From Amphiscolops sp. MND2022 (Eukaryota): 64,000 nucleotides of DNA. A model generated the notes under the pieces. The model worked only from the letters and a program-made list of their open reading frames with translations. It did not search any database and had not been told where the DNA came from. The position numbers and the translations under genes were made by a program. The stretch covers positions 73,410,001 to 73,474,000 of the forward strand of contig OZ076409.1 in NCBI GenBank assembly GCA_964187785.1, written 5' to 3'. Below, one piece after another: positions 42,201 to 56,000 of this stretch (positions are counted from its first letter, which is position 1; every line of letters begins with the position of its first letter).

Positions 42201-43975
42201 ACTGTTACCAACGCCCACCGTCCGTGGGCATGCCGAGGCATGCCCTTCGACGACGTATGCCAAATACCTTCCAGCAACGCTCGCGCTCCCCTGCTAGGTG
42301 CCGGGATTTTCTATTCGACAAGTTTGCGCGCCTTGGGGAGGGTCCCTTTGCGCGCTTTAAGATCCAGGTGTTTCCAACTCCTAAACGGGCATGTGATTTC
42401 GACGATCTCCTAAACTAGCCATACGATTTGGCTGAAATTTGGCACACGTACCCCCCTTGGCACGGTGAAGATGATTTCCTACTGACGTTTTTCCCGCTAA
42501 ACATTTTTTGTTGACCAAAATAACGGTTTTTGGGGTAAAATTTTCAACTTTTTTTAAATTTCATCTTATATCTCGCCACGGGTACACGCTAGCGCTTCAA
42601 AACCTTGCTGACGAAAGTTTGCAAACTGTCTCAGGAATGCGGTGTGAAATTTTCAGCTCAATCGGACTTAAACTCGAGGAGATATAGCGTTTTTCCGGAG
42701 CGGGGGGGTTTCATTTTTCTAACGGTCCAGCTTATCTTTGCCATTTTTTCGAAAATGCACTCGCCTAAAGGCCTCCCCTGGCCGGTTTTATTCCCAGCAA
42801 AACCATTTGGCCCTAAATACGGAGTTTCAGCGTTCCAGCATTCCCGGGCGAAAAGTTGTGGGACTTAGAAAAGTTCAAAAATTTTCAAAAAAAATTTTTT
42901 CCGTTATTTGGGCCCTCAAAGTGGGGGAAAAGACCCCCCAACCAGTAAAGCAAGTGAATGCATGTGGAAAGCCCTTGTTTAGACGAGAAAAATGCCGTTT
43001 AGAACGTCTTTTTATCTTAACTTGACATTGACTTTTGTTGTTTTGAAGGTGACCGTTAGATACGGAAAATTGATGTTTTGAGTATTTATCCCATCTGAAA
43101 GCCATTGAGATACAACATGTTTTGCCCAAAACGTTTTTCATTGCAGGTTCGCTGTCCATTATCACCCTTTGGTGTCTTTTCACGTAATTTTCGTTTCTAT
43201 AATAACAATTTTTTGTGTATTTATTCATTTTTTTCTCATCAAATAACTTGAAACAGTTGAGTACATTCCATCTCCCTTCCCGGGGGAGATGAGAATGTAC
43301 TCGCTAAAGGTCAAGAACTACGGTCTATATCTTCCACAACACAAAAGGGATTGCAAATGGTTTCAGTTTGTCGCAGAAAACTTCTTTTTGCCCTCTGTGA
43401 CTCGACAAAATGAACGTTTCTTACTTACTTTGAAACTCAGCATACCACAACTCATCTCTAACGTCAGCGCCCCCCTACTTGCATCAACGCCCACTAAAAA
43501 ATCAAAAAACGTAAGTCTCTTTGAAAACAAATCGGAATACGTCCAGTCAACCCCAGAGCTGGTAAATTGCCGTTGTCTAGTGCAGCAACGCCATTTAGAG
43601 TCTTTTTACCCACTTTGATACCGTTTTGATACCGTCTTATTCATCCGATAGCACAAAACTGTTGCGTACATTCCATCTCCCCCTTTGTGGGGGAGATGAG
43701 AATGTACCCGCTAAATGACACGCACAATGGCGCAATTTTATTTTTATACAATGTTTTCTAGGCTGTCGCGCAAGCCCACTAATATTTAGACTGGTTTCTT
43801 TCTCTTTCACTCCAAACTTTCCCTACTAACCACCTTACACACCATCAGCTCAACGTTACTTCTGTAACGTCAACGCCACATACTCGCATCAACGCCCACC
43901 GTCCGTGGGCATGCCGAGGCATGCCCTTCGACGACGTATGCCCATTAGCGCCACAGGGCGCCCAATTTTTTCTAG
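24288..43975 (+). mobile_element. Block of 15 units of the ~1.28-kb family (several interleaved subfamilies; last unit is a 1678-bp chimera)
   Basis: Junction spacings are 1268-1313 bp for 14 units and 1678 bp for one. The shared core is CCTAAAGGCCTCCCCTGGCC...CCATTTGGCCCTAAATACGGAGTTTCAGCGTTCCAGCATT. Mobility is inferred. Confidence 0.6.
25281..25324 (+). other. Long hairpin type B (GAGTACATT...AATGTACTC) with a single-base bulge (representative copy)
   Basis: GAGTACATTCCATCTCCC-loop-GGGAGATGAGAATGTACTC. There is one per ~1.28-kb unit, ~300-310 bp upstream of CTAG; it also occurs near 8640, 15385, 54666 and 61695. Confidence 0.88.
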
Positions 43976-45366
43976 GTGGTCGGGTATTTTTTTTGCTCGT
44001 ATATGACGTTTGCGAGGCTTTGGGGAGGGCCCCGTGCCGAGCCTGTACCGAAATTTACCACATACCAGAAGTGTCCGATTTAATCGAGATCTCAAAAACT
44101 AACCGTTAGAATTCTCTGAAATTTTGCATGTGGCCCCTAATCAATGAGTAATGAAAAAGTGTAGGAGTGACGGTTGCTGAAAAACTTGTCTTTGTTGCAC
44201 TTTTTGCGCAATTTTTGTCGCATTGTTGCGTTTTTTATGTCATTTTCGACTTTTCAAGCAAAAAACTCATAGATACTTTGTTCCTAGCGTATCAAGTGTG
44301 GAGCACGAAAAGTTGCAGCATCTTCCATTACGTATGCTGAGAAAATTTGGTTGCCCTCGGATTACCCCCCACAGAGATAGAGGGGTGCATCCGGGTATTT
44401 TTGACCCCTAAATTTGGGAAATTGCTAATTTTCGTAAAAAAGCCGTAGATTTAGCGCGTGCCTACCCTGCTGACGATTTGTTAGGCATTTTGAGATAGAT
44501 CCGATGACATGCGTTGAGTTCACCCCCATCACCCCCTTGACCGGAAATGAACATTTTTGTGCACTTTCAGACCGGAAGTCTCCATTTTCACTGGTAAGGA
44601 GGCATTTTACGAGCAACTAGCAGGAACTCAAAAGTGAAGTATAACCTGGGGTCAATTTAATGACCACGTGTTGTCCAGTCATGGGTTTCGCTATGACCGG
44701 AAATGGGCTTAAAACCCCCTTTTAGTAGTATTTTTATCAATTTTCCTTGTGCTTGGTCCACATTCAAGTTGCGTAAGTCAGTTGAACCAGTGAGAGCATA
44801 AAATATATATTCACTGCGTAGTCGTAACTGACACTGCCAGATACCGGAAGTAACCCCCTGTGACCGGAAGAGGTCAATTTTGACCGGAAATGGTCCAAAA
44901 AGTAGCGTAAATGCAGTTTTCAATGCTTTTTAAGGTCAAGTTATTAGTATTTTTCAATTTGAATGCTTTTTTCCACGCAAAAAGCTAACATCGTTGCATG
45001 TTTTGCTGAAGATCGGAAAAGTGATCACCATTATCACCCCCGATAGCCTTTCAAGTTGACCTTTGGTCAATCTTGAAGGCTATCTGTTCTGAAAACGAAA
45101 AATAGTGGAATTTTGTTTCCTCCTTTCTCTTGATATTTTTCCTTCAAGTCAATTTGTCAAAAGAAAGACATTTGTTCAACTGAGTGATCTGAATCCTGTC
45201 CAGAGGTGTCACCCGGACGAATACCATTTCAAGCTGAAGTACACAAATCAGGGTAGTATTAGACATCACACACTCCTACCAACTCCCACCGTCTGTGGGC
45301 ATGCCGAGGCATGCCCTTCGACGACGTATGCCAAATAGCGCCACAGGGCGCCCACACTTTTGCTAG
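43976..45366 (+). mobile_element. 1391-bp unit with ACCGGAAR motif cluster and type A hairpin
   Basis: Bounded by CTAGGTG at 43972 and 45363. The interior is homologous to the units starting at 53004, 55182 and 58431. Confidence 0.6.
44540..44891 (+). promoter_or_regulatory. Cluster of six ETS-type motifs (ACCGGAAR, mostly ACCGGAART)
   Basis: Motifs at 44540, 44571, 44696, 44843, 44863 and 44883. Homologous clusters lie at ~53588-53940, ~55766-56117 and ~58986-59335. ACCGGAAGT is the established class I ETS consensus; binding here is unproven. Confidence 0.45.
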
Positions 45367-48300
45367 GTGCCGGGATTTCCATTCGATAAGGAATTCTGCG
45401 CGTGTGGGTAGGGCCCCTGGCGCGCTCCTGTGTTTTTGGTTTTCCTACTCCTAAATAGGCCCCCTGAATTCCGGGATCTCCTAAACTATCCATACGATTT
45501 GGCTGAAATTTGGCACACAGCCCCCTTGGAACATTGTAAGAACAAATCCCTACTGACGTTTTGCCCGCTAAACATTTTTTGTTGGTCAAAATTGCGATTT
45601 TCCGACAAAATTTTTGACTTTTTTTCACGTTATAGTCTATATCTCGTCCCAGGATTACGCTAGCGGCCCAAAACCTCAGTCGGAAAAGTTTGCAAACTGT
45701 CTCAGGAATGAGGTGTGAAATTTTCAGCCCAATCGGACTTAAACTCAGCGACTTAGAGTGTTTTTTAGGTGCATTTTTTGACTTTTTTTGCGTTTGCTGA
45801 TTTATCTCTGCCGTTTTTTGCCCAGTTTTTTTTTGAGACACTCTCCTAAAGACCTCCCCTGGCCGGTTTTCTTCCCAGCAAAACCATTTGGCCCTAAATA
45901 CGAAGTTTCAGCGTTCTAGCATTCCCGGGCGAAAAGTTGTGGGACTTAGAAAATTTTTTTGAAAACGCAAAATGTGTAAAGTCAACTTCAGGCCTCCCAA
46001 AGTCAAGGAACTTCCACACAACTAGGATTGCAAGTGGATGCATGTGGAAAGTACTGGGATAGACGAGAAAAATGAGCTATAGAACGACTCTGTACCTTAA
46101 CCTGACGTTGACTTATGATGTTTTGAATGTGTGCTTGCTAAGGGGTCTGAAAAGCAATTATTAAAAATGGAAACTACGTCTTATTGAAAACTCACCGGAT
46201 TCAGTGCAATCGACCCCAGAGCGTGCTCAATTGAAGTTTCCTGTTCTTTCAACACCATTCAAGGTCTTTTGACTAATGTTGAAAAAATTGATACCGTATT
46301 ATTCATCCGAGAGCACGAAACAGTTGAGTACATTCCATCTCCCTTTCGGGGGAGATGAGAATGTACTCGCTAAAGTCCAGGTACTACAGCCCATATTTGT
46401 TTTTATGCGGCGCTCTTTGTACTAGTGTGTACACGTATTAATCTTTTAACTGAATTTTCTTTTGTCTGCACTTTGAGTTTGACTTGACATATACTGAAAG
46501 TTTTTGTCCTCACAACATACACATGACCAACGTCAACGCCCCATTCTTGCATCAACGCCCACCGTCCGTGGGCATGCCGAGGCATGCCCTTCGACGACGT
46601 ATGCCAAAGATATACCCCAAGCGCGTTAGCCTAGGTGCCGGTGTTTTTCACGACAGAGAAAGTTGCGCGCTTTGGGTAGGGTCCCGGCGCGCTTCAGGGG
46701 CTCATTTTTACAACCTGATAGGACACATGCTGAAATGACCGATCTCCTAAACTACCCTACCAATTTTGCTGAAATTTGGCACGAAGCTTCCTTGGAACAT
46801 TCTAAGAACAAATCCCTACTGGCGTTTTGCTGGGAAAAATCAAAAAGTTGGTCAAAAATGCGATTTTCCGACAAAATTTTGGGGTAAAATTTTTTTGAAA
46901 CGTTATATCTCGCCACAGGGTCACGCTAGCGCCTCGCAACCTATGATCATGTTTTGTAGGGCGTTGTCTGTAGAACACGTATGCCAAATTTGGTGGCAAT
47001 CGGACTTAAACTCAGGGAGATATAGCGATTTTTTAGGTGCTTTTTTTGACATTTTTTGCATTTGCTGATTTATCTCTGCCATTTTTGCCCAAAATTTTTT
47101 TGAGACCCTCTCCTAAAGACCTCCCCTGGCCGGTTTACCTCCCAAAAAAACCATTTGGCCCTAAATACGAAGTTTCAGCGTTCTAGCATTCCCGGGCAAA
47201 AAGTTGTGGGACTTAGAAAAATTTTTTCGAAAACGCAAAATGTGTAAAGTCAACTTCAGGCCTCTCAAAGTCAAAGAACATCCACACAACTAGTATTGCA
47301 AGTGAATGCATGTGGAAAGTACTCAAATAGACGAGGAAAATGAGCTATAGAACGACTTTCTATCTTAACTTGACGTTGACTTATGACAATTTTAGTGTGA
47401 GCTTGCTATATGGTGAAAAATTCAAAAGATGAAGATCGAAACTAAGTCTCATCCAAAACTCATCGGAATGCGTTCAATGCATCCCAAAGCGGATTAATTC
47501 CAGGTGTCTAGTGCAGCAACACCATTCAAGACCATTTGACCCATTTTTATAAGTTTTGACAACGTATTATTCATCCGAGAGCACGAAACAGTTGAGTACA
47601 TTCCATCTCCCTTTTGGGGGAGATGAGAATGTACTCGCTAAAGTCCAGGTACTACAGCCCATATTTGTTTTTATGCGACGCTCTCATGCTAGTGCGCATA
47701 CTTTTTATTCGTTTAACTGAATTTTCTTCTGTCTGCACTTTGACTTTGACTTGACGTATACTGAACGTTTTGTCCTTACAACATGCACATTACTAACGTC
47801 AACGCCCCATCCTTGCATCAACGCCCACCGTCCGTGGGCATGCCGAGGCATGCCCTTCGACGACGTATACCAAGATATACATAAGCGCGGTAGCCGCTAG
47901 GTGCCGGGATTTCTATTCGTTCAGGGAAGATGCGCGCTGTTGGGGAGGGTCCCGGGCGCGCTCAGGTGTTTTGTGTCTTTCAACTTTCCAGAACGGGTCT
48001 GCTGGGAACGATCTCGAAAACTATCCATACGATTTGGCTGAAATTTTGCATGTGGCTCCCAATGGACATTGTAAGAACAAATCCCTACTGGCGTTTTGCT
48101 GGGAAAAATCAAAATGTTGGTCAAAAATGCGATTTTCCGACAAAATTTTTGACTTTTTTTCTTTGACAGTCAAAATCTCGCCACAGGGTCACGCTAGCTA
48201 CCCTAAACCTTGCTAATTATAATTTGCAATCTGTCTCAGGAATGCGGTGTGAAATTTTCAGGTCAATCGGACTTAAACTCAGCGACTTAGAGCGATTTTT

Positions 48301-51300
48301 TAGGTGCATTTTTTGACATTTTTTGCATTTGCTGATTTATCTTTGCCGTTTTTTGCCCAGATTTTTTTCTAGACCCTCTCCTAAAGGCCTCCCCTCGCCG
48401 GTTTACCTCCCAGAAAAACCATTTGGCCCTAAATACGGAGTTTCAGCGTTCTAGCATTCCCGGGCGAAAAGTTGTGGGACTTAGAATAATTTTTTTGGAA
48501 ACGCAAAATGTGTAAAGTCAACTTCAGGCCTCCCAAAGTCAAAGAACTTCCACACAACTAGTATTGCAAGTGGATGCATGTGGAAAGTACTGGGATAGAC
48601 GAGAAAAATGAGCTATAGAACGACTCTGTAGCTTAACTTGACGTTGACTTATGACCTTTTGAGTGTGAGCTTGCTATGCGAGAAAAAATGCAAAACATGA
48701 AAATGGAAGCAAAGTATCGTCGAAAACCCATCATAAGATGTTCAACTCATCCTAGAGCGGTTTATTTACAGTTGTTTAGTAGAGCAACACCATTCATGAT
48801 CATGTGACCCATTTTTATGGGGAATGAGATTGTCTTATTCATCCGATAGCCCAAAGCAGTTGAGTACATTCCATCTCACCTCCGTGTGAGATGAGAATGT
48901 ACTCGCTAAAGTCCAGGTACTACAGCCCATATTGGTTTTATGCGCCGCTCTGTATGCAAATGAGCATACTTGACATTTTTTTAGCTGATATTTTTTTAAA
49001 CTGCACTTTGACTCTGACCTGACATACTGAATATTTAGTCCTTATAACATACACATAATTAACGTCAACGCCCCATCCTTGCATCAACGCCCACCGTCCG
49101 TGGGCATGCCGAGGCATGCCCTTCGACGACGCGCACCAAAATATTCCCCGAGCGCGTTAGCCTAGGTGCCAAAACCCAATGGTTTGCCAAACACTTCGAG
49201 GGCGGGGTAGGGCCCCCAGCCCGAGTCAAAAGTCGAAGACTAACAACGTAAGGCCAATACTAAAACCTCCTATCGATCTTGGAAACGGCCCGTCAGATTT
49301 GGCTCAAATTTTGCATGCGGCTTCCCCTAGCGATTCTAAGAACTTTTCCCTACTGCCATTTTGCCCGGAAAATTTTTTTTGTTGACTTATACACTATTTT
49401 AGGTGCCAAAAATGGCGTTTTTTTGAAAAAAAATTTTTTAAGAGCCAATATCTCGTTCCACAGGCCCCGGATCAAAAAGTGTACAATTGTTCGCATGCTA
49501 GGCACTTCATGAACTGTCCGTAGACAAATTTTCGTCCAGATCGGATAAAAATTGACTGAGTAATAGAAAACTTTGAAAGTGATTTTGACGACTTTTTTCG
49601 AAAACCTAGTCTATCTCTGCCGTTTTTTGCCCAGATTTTTTTCCAGGACCTCTCCTAAAGGCCTCCCCTGGCCGGTTTACCTCCCAAAAAAACCATTTGG
49701 CCCTTTTGCCGCACTTTCAGCGTTCCAGGATTCCCCGGGTAAAAGATAAATGACTTAGAATTTTTTCAAAAATTTTTCAAATTTTTTTTTTCAACTTCAG
49801 GCCTCCCAAAGTCAAGAAACGTCCACACAACTAGTATTGCAAGTGAATGCATGTGGAAAGTGCTCGAATAGACGAGAAAAATGAGCTATTATAAACCTCT
49901 GTAGCTCAACCTGACGTTGACTTATGACAATTTTAGTGTGAGCTTGCTATATGGTAAAAAATTCAAAAATTGAAAATCGAAGTTAAGTCTCATCCAAAAC
50001 TCATCGGAATACGTTCAATCCACCCTAAAGCGGTTTAATTCCTGTTACTAAGTGCAGCAACACCATTCAAGGTCATTTAATCCATATTTATAATTTTTGA
50101 CACCGTCTTATCCATTTGAAAGTTCGAAACAGTTGAGTACATTCCATCTCCCCTACGTGGGAGATGGTAATGTACTCGCAAAAAGCCAAGGTCCTACCGC
50201 CCTATTCTATCCGGCGTTGCATCAGAAATGCAGTAGCATGAGCTCCAGGTGGTTTGCAGTGGCCTTTACGTATGTTGTGACTATGTATTACAATTCTAAC
50301 TCTGTTACTAAACATGAAAAAATTGTTTCAATCCCAAAAATTTTCATTTCAACTTTAGTATGTCACCAATAAACATATATGCATCTTTCCTACTACAACC
50401 ACCCTACCACCCGGCCCCTTGTCCACTGTTCAACCGTGCACGTCTAGGTGCCAAAACCCAATGGTTTGCCAAAGTTTCGAGGGCGGGGTAGGGCCCCCAG
50501 CCCGAGTCAAAAGTCGAAGACTAACAACGTAAGGCCAATACTAAAACCTCCTATCGATCTTGGAAACGGCCCGTCAGATTTGGCTCAAATTTTGCATGCG
50601 GCTTCCCCTAGCAATTCTAAGAACTTTTCCCTACTGCCATTTTGCCCGGAAAATTTTTTTTGTTGACTTATACACTATTTTAGGTGCCGAAAATGGCGTT
50701 TTTTTGGAAAAAATTTTTTTAAGAGCCAATATCTCGTTCCACAGGCCCCGGATCAAAAAGTGTACAATTGTTCGCACGTTAGGCACTTCATGAACTGTCC
50801 GTAGACAAATTTTCGTCCAGATCGGATTAAAATTGACTGAGTAATAGAAAACTTTGAAAGTGATTTTGACGACATTTTTCGAAAACCTAGTCTATCTCTG
50901 CCGTTTTTTGCCCAGATTTTTTTCCAGGACCTCTCCTAAAGACCTCCCCTGGCCGGTTTACCTCCCAGAAAAACCATTTGGCCCTTTTGCCGCAGTTTCA
51001 GCGTTCCAGGATTCCTCGGGTAAAAGATAAATGACTTAGAATTTTTCAAAAAAAATTCAAAAAAAAAATTTTTTTTCTTCAAACCTTCCAAAGTCAAGAA
51101 ACGTCCACACAACTAGTATTGCAAGTGAATGCATGTGGAAAGTGCTCGAATAGACGAGAAAAATGAGCTATTATAAACCTCTGTAGCTCAACCTGACGTT
51201 GACTTATGACAATTTTAGTGTGAGCTTCCTATGTGAGAAAAAATTTCAAAAATTGAAAATCGAGCTAAGTCTCATCCAAAACTCATCGGAATACGTTCAA

Positions 51301-53003
51301 TCCACCCTAAAGCGGTTTAATTCCAGTTACTAAGTGCAGCAACACCATTCAAGGTCATTTAACCCATATTTATAATTTTTGACACCGTCTTATCCATTTG
51401 AAAGTTCGAAACAGTTGAGTACATTCCATCTCCCCTACGTGGGAGATGGTAATGTACTCGCAAAAAGCCAAGGTCCTACCGCCCTATTCTATCCGGCGTT
51501 GCATCAGAAATGCAGTAGCATGAGCTCCAGGTTGTTTGCAGTAGCCTTTACGTATGTTGTGACTATGTATTACAATTCTAACTCTGTTACTAAACATTAA
51601 AAAATTGTTTCAATCTCAATTTTTTTTTCAACTTTAGTATGTCACCAATAAACATATATGCATCTTTCCTACTACAACCACCCTACCACCCGGCCCCTTG
51701 TCCACTGTTCAACCGTGCACGTCTAGGTGGTCGTTAGCATGGGATTTTCTTTATGAGCGTAGTCCACTTTTTTTAGGCCGGGGTAGGGTCCCGGGCCGTT
51801 ACCAATTTCTTACGGAGGAAAAATGTGAAAATCTGCGAGTTTAAAAAATTGGCCCGTACGATTTGGCTGAAAATTGGCATACAGCATCGTCTTGGTAAAC
51901 AAATGACTTTGTCCTAGTGACATTTTGCCCAGAAAATTCAAAAAGTTGGTCAAATTGAAAATTTTTTGATCGTCTAAGGCTAAAATTTGACTTTTTCGCT
52001 TTTTTTGGTCAATTTCCTCAGAACTGGTTAATTTTGGTGAAGTAAGTCATAAGAGGTTATAAGGTCTGCAAATAGCCATCAATTGGCTTGCATAATCAGA
52101 TTTTGTCAAAAGTGTTTAGTTTTTTCAAAATTTCACACTTTTTTTCATTTCAGTGTTTTTTGATACAATTTATTGAATTTTTACTAAGTTCCACTAAATA
52201 TTTTTAAAATGTTTTTAAAAAACCTTTTTTTGCACGTTTTTGATGTTTTTTGCTCTCCCATATAGGTTTTCGCATACGGGGAACCTGAATCTGACAACGA
52301 AATAATTTTATTCCGCAGTTCAACTTACGCCATTTTTAATATTGAAAAATCACTCATTTTCAATCTAACGAGTAAAAATATCAGAATTTAAAAACCTAAA
52401 GTTGAGTTTAAGGCGACTTACAGGTAGAAACAAATGCTCAGAAACAAACTGATTTCTTGTATTAGCTAAAGAAAGCCTTTAAAATTCTTTTTACTTTCTT
52501 TAAATCAAAATTCGACACTTTTCATGAAATTTGTCAGTGGAAAAAATTTATCATTTTTTAAATTAAAAACTTGCTTTGTTGGTCATTTCCGTTAGTCATT
52601 AGTAGCTGTGTAATGCTCCAAAGCCTTTCAAGTTCTTTTGACCCTATTTGAAAATTTTTGATACTGCATAATCAATCCGAGAGAACGAAACAGTTGTGTA
52701 CATTCCATCTCCCTCTTGGGGGAGATGAGAATGTACTTCCTAAAGTCCAGGTACTACAGATCATATTTGGTTTTATGCGACGCCCTCTATGCTAGTGCAT
52801 ATAAATACAAGTTGTTTGGCTGGATTTTGCTTCTGACTTGACGTATACTGTACGTTTGGTACTGACAATACCCATCATTTACATAACAAACGTCAACGCC
52901 ACATACCCTTACCAACGCCCATAGTCCGTAGGCATGCCGAGGCATGCCTTTCGACGACGCGCGCCAAACACAAGCGCGCCCGCACTTTTGCGGTAGCAGC
53001 TAG
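45367..53003 (+). mobile_element. Six divergent ~1.27-kb units
   Basis: Spacings are 1268, 1266, 1265, 1282, 1279 and 1277. Units 49166-50447 and 50448-51726 are a near-identical pair lacking the palindrome. Unit 51727-53003 has a largely unrelated interior. Confidence 0.6.
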
Positions 53004-56000
53004 GTGGAGGTTATTATATATCAATTAAAGTGTTTTTTTCCGGAGTTTGTGGCTTTGGAAAAAACAAAAGGCGAGAAATTGGGCACTCCAGGCTGAACCT
53101 AAAAACACCCTAAAATTGGCCCGATTTTTTTACGATCTCGAAACCCAGCCGTACGATTTGGCTGAAATTTTGCATGTGGCTCCTAATCAATGAGTAATGA
53201 AAAAGTGTAGGAGTGACTTTTCCTGGGAAAATTGTTTTTGTTGCATTTTTTGCGCAATTTTTGACCGATTGTTGCGTTTTTTATGTCACTTTTGACTTTT
53301 CAGGCAAAAAACTCATGGATGCTTTGATCCTAGCGCATCAAGTGTTTCGACCAAAAAGTTGCAGCATGTTCTTTTACGTATGTTGAGAAAATTTGGTTGC
53401 CATCGTATTACCCCCCACTGAGATAGAGGGGAACTTCCGGTGGAATTTAGGACCCTAAAAACGAGGACCTCCTAAATTTCAGCATGAAGCGGTAGTTTTA
53501 GCGTGCTCATACCCTGCTGAAACTTTGTTGGCCATAATGAGATAGTCATGATATCATGTGTTCAGTTCAACCCCCATCACCCCCTGGACCGGAAATGAAC
53601 TTTTTTGTGCACTATCATACCGGAAGTCTCCAATTTCACCGTTAAGCAGTCCTTGTACGAGCAACTACCAGGACATCAAAATTGAAAAACCACCTGAGGT
53701 CAACATAGTGACTACGTGTTGTCCAGTCATAGGTTCCGCTATGACCGGAAATGGGGTCAAAAGCCCCTATTTTGGTTGTTTTTTAACAATTTTACTAGTG
53801 TTTGGTCCACATTCAAGTCGCGTAAGTCAATTGAATCAGTGTGAGCAAAAACTGTATGTTCACTGCGTAGACGTAACTGACACTGGCAGATACCGGAAGT
53901 AACCCCCCGTGACCGGAAGTTGCCAGTTTCGACCGGAAATGGTCCAAAATGTAGCGTAAAACTAGTTTTTTACTGCTTTTTAAAGTCAACTTATTACTTT
54001 TTCAATCTCCGCGAGCTTGTAATCAGGTTCGTTTTTGTTACCCGTGCACTTTGCAACAAATATACATCTGTAAAAGTTTCTCTATAATATCGTCGGATAG
54101 AGAAATAACGTGTTTTTGGGACTTTTTTTCAAAAATATTAGACTATATCTGTCATTTTTACTCAAAGTTTTTCAACTGTACAACCACAGTATTTAGTCTC
54201 TGCCCAAATTTTTGCCTAACAAAACTATTTGGCCCATTGGCTTTAGTTTGAGCGTTCCAGCTTTGCGTGATCATAAGCTAAAGGACTTGAAAAATTTTCA
54301 AACTTTTTTCAAAAAAAACTTCTCACATTCATATCTCCCAAAGTGAAGAAACTTCCACACAATTAGGATTGCAAGTGGATGCACGTGGCAAGCCCTATAA
54401 TTGAAGAGAAAAATGCCGCATAGAACGTCTCTTTATCGTAACTTGACGTTAACGTATGGTGCTTTGAATGAGAGCTTGATAAGAGGTCGAGAAGTCAAAG
54501 TGTGTAAATGGAACGTATTTCTCGTCGAAAACTCACCGGAATTCATGCAATGAACCCCAATTGTTCTAAATTGCAGTTGCCTACTGCAACAACGTCTTTC
54601 TGGTTCATTTACCCATTTTCATAAGTGTCAAAATTATTTTTGAATTCAGTTAGCAAGAAACACTTGAGTACATTTTCATCTCTCCCAAGCGGGTGAGATG
54701 AGAATGTTCTTGCTAAAAGCCAGGTACTACGTCCCACTTTTGTTTTAATGCGACACATCCTCTGCTTTAGCACATAGATAGTTTATTTTGCCTGATTTTT
54801 TGGATACTCTCTGACTTGTTATTATAAACTTCTCGTCATTACTTTACATGAATTTACAACCATAAAGCGTTATCGTCAACTCCACATACATTTAGACGCC
54901 CACCATTCCGTAGGTATGTCGAGGCATACCTTTCGATTTCGTATGTCAAAACGCAAACGCGATAAAAAGTGCTGAAATTCTGAAACAGTGATAAACAATT
55001 CTGACAATTTGACATATGGTAGGTTTTTATATGGAACTTAGACATCACTGACATTTCACAACATTCCAGCTGACGCCCACATACCAACATCAACGCCCAC
55101 CGTCCGTGGGCATGCCGAGGCATGCCCTTCGACGACTTATGCCAGTTATTTATATCTACACCCAATTGCGGTAGCCGCTAGGTGGATGGTATTTTATAAC
55201 AATTAAAGTGTTTTTTTCCGGAGTTTGTGGCTTTGGAAAAAACAAAAGGCGAGAAATTGGGCACTCCAGGCTGAACCTAAAAACACCCTAAAATTCGCCC
55301 GATTTTTTTACGATCTCGAAACCCAACCGTACGATTTGGCTGAAAATTTGCATGTGGCTCCTAATCAATGAGTAATGAAAAAGTGTAGAAGTGACTTTTC
55401 CTGGGAAAATTGTTTTTGTTGCACTTTTTGCGCAATTTTTGACCCATTGTTGCGTTTTTTATGTCACTTTCGACTTTTCAGGCAAAAAACTCATAGATGC
55501 TTTGATCCTAGCGCATCCAGTGTTTCGACCAAAAAGTTGCAACATGGTCTTTTACGTACGTTGTGAAAATTTGGTAGCCATCGTATCACCCCCCACTGAG
55601 TTAGAGGGGAACTTCCGGTGGATTTTAGCACCCTAAAAACAAGGACCTCCTAAACTTCAGCATGAAGCCGTAGTTTTAGCGTGCTCATAACCTGCTGAAG
55701 TTTTGTTGGGCATGTTGAGATAGTCATGATAGCATGTGTTTAGTTCACCCCCCATCACCCCCTGGACCGGAAATGAACTTTTTGTGCACTATCATTCCGG
55801 AAGTCTCCAGTTTCACCGTTAAGCAGTCCTTGTACGAGCAACTACCAGGTCATCAAAATTGAAGTACCACCTGAGGTCAACGTAGTGACTACGTGTTGTC
55901 CAGTCATAGGTTCCTCTATGACCGGAAATGGGGTCAAAACCCCCTTTTTTGGTTGTTTTTTAACAATTTGACTAGTGTTTGGTCCACAATCAAGTCGCGT

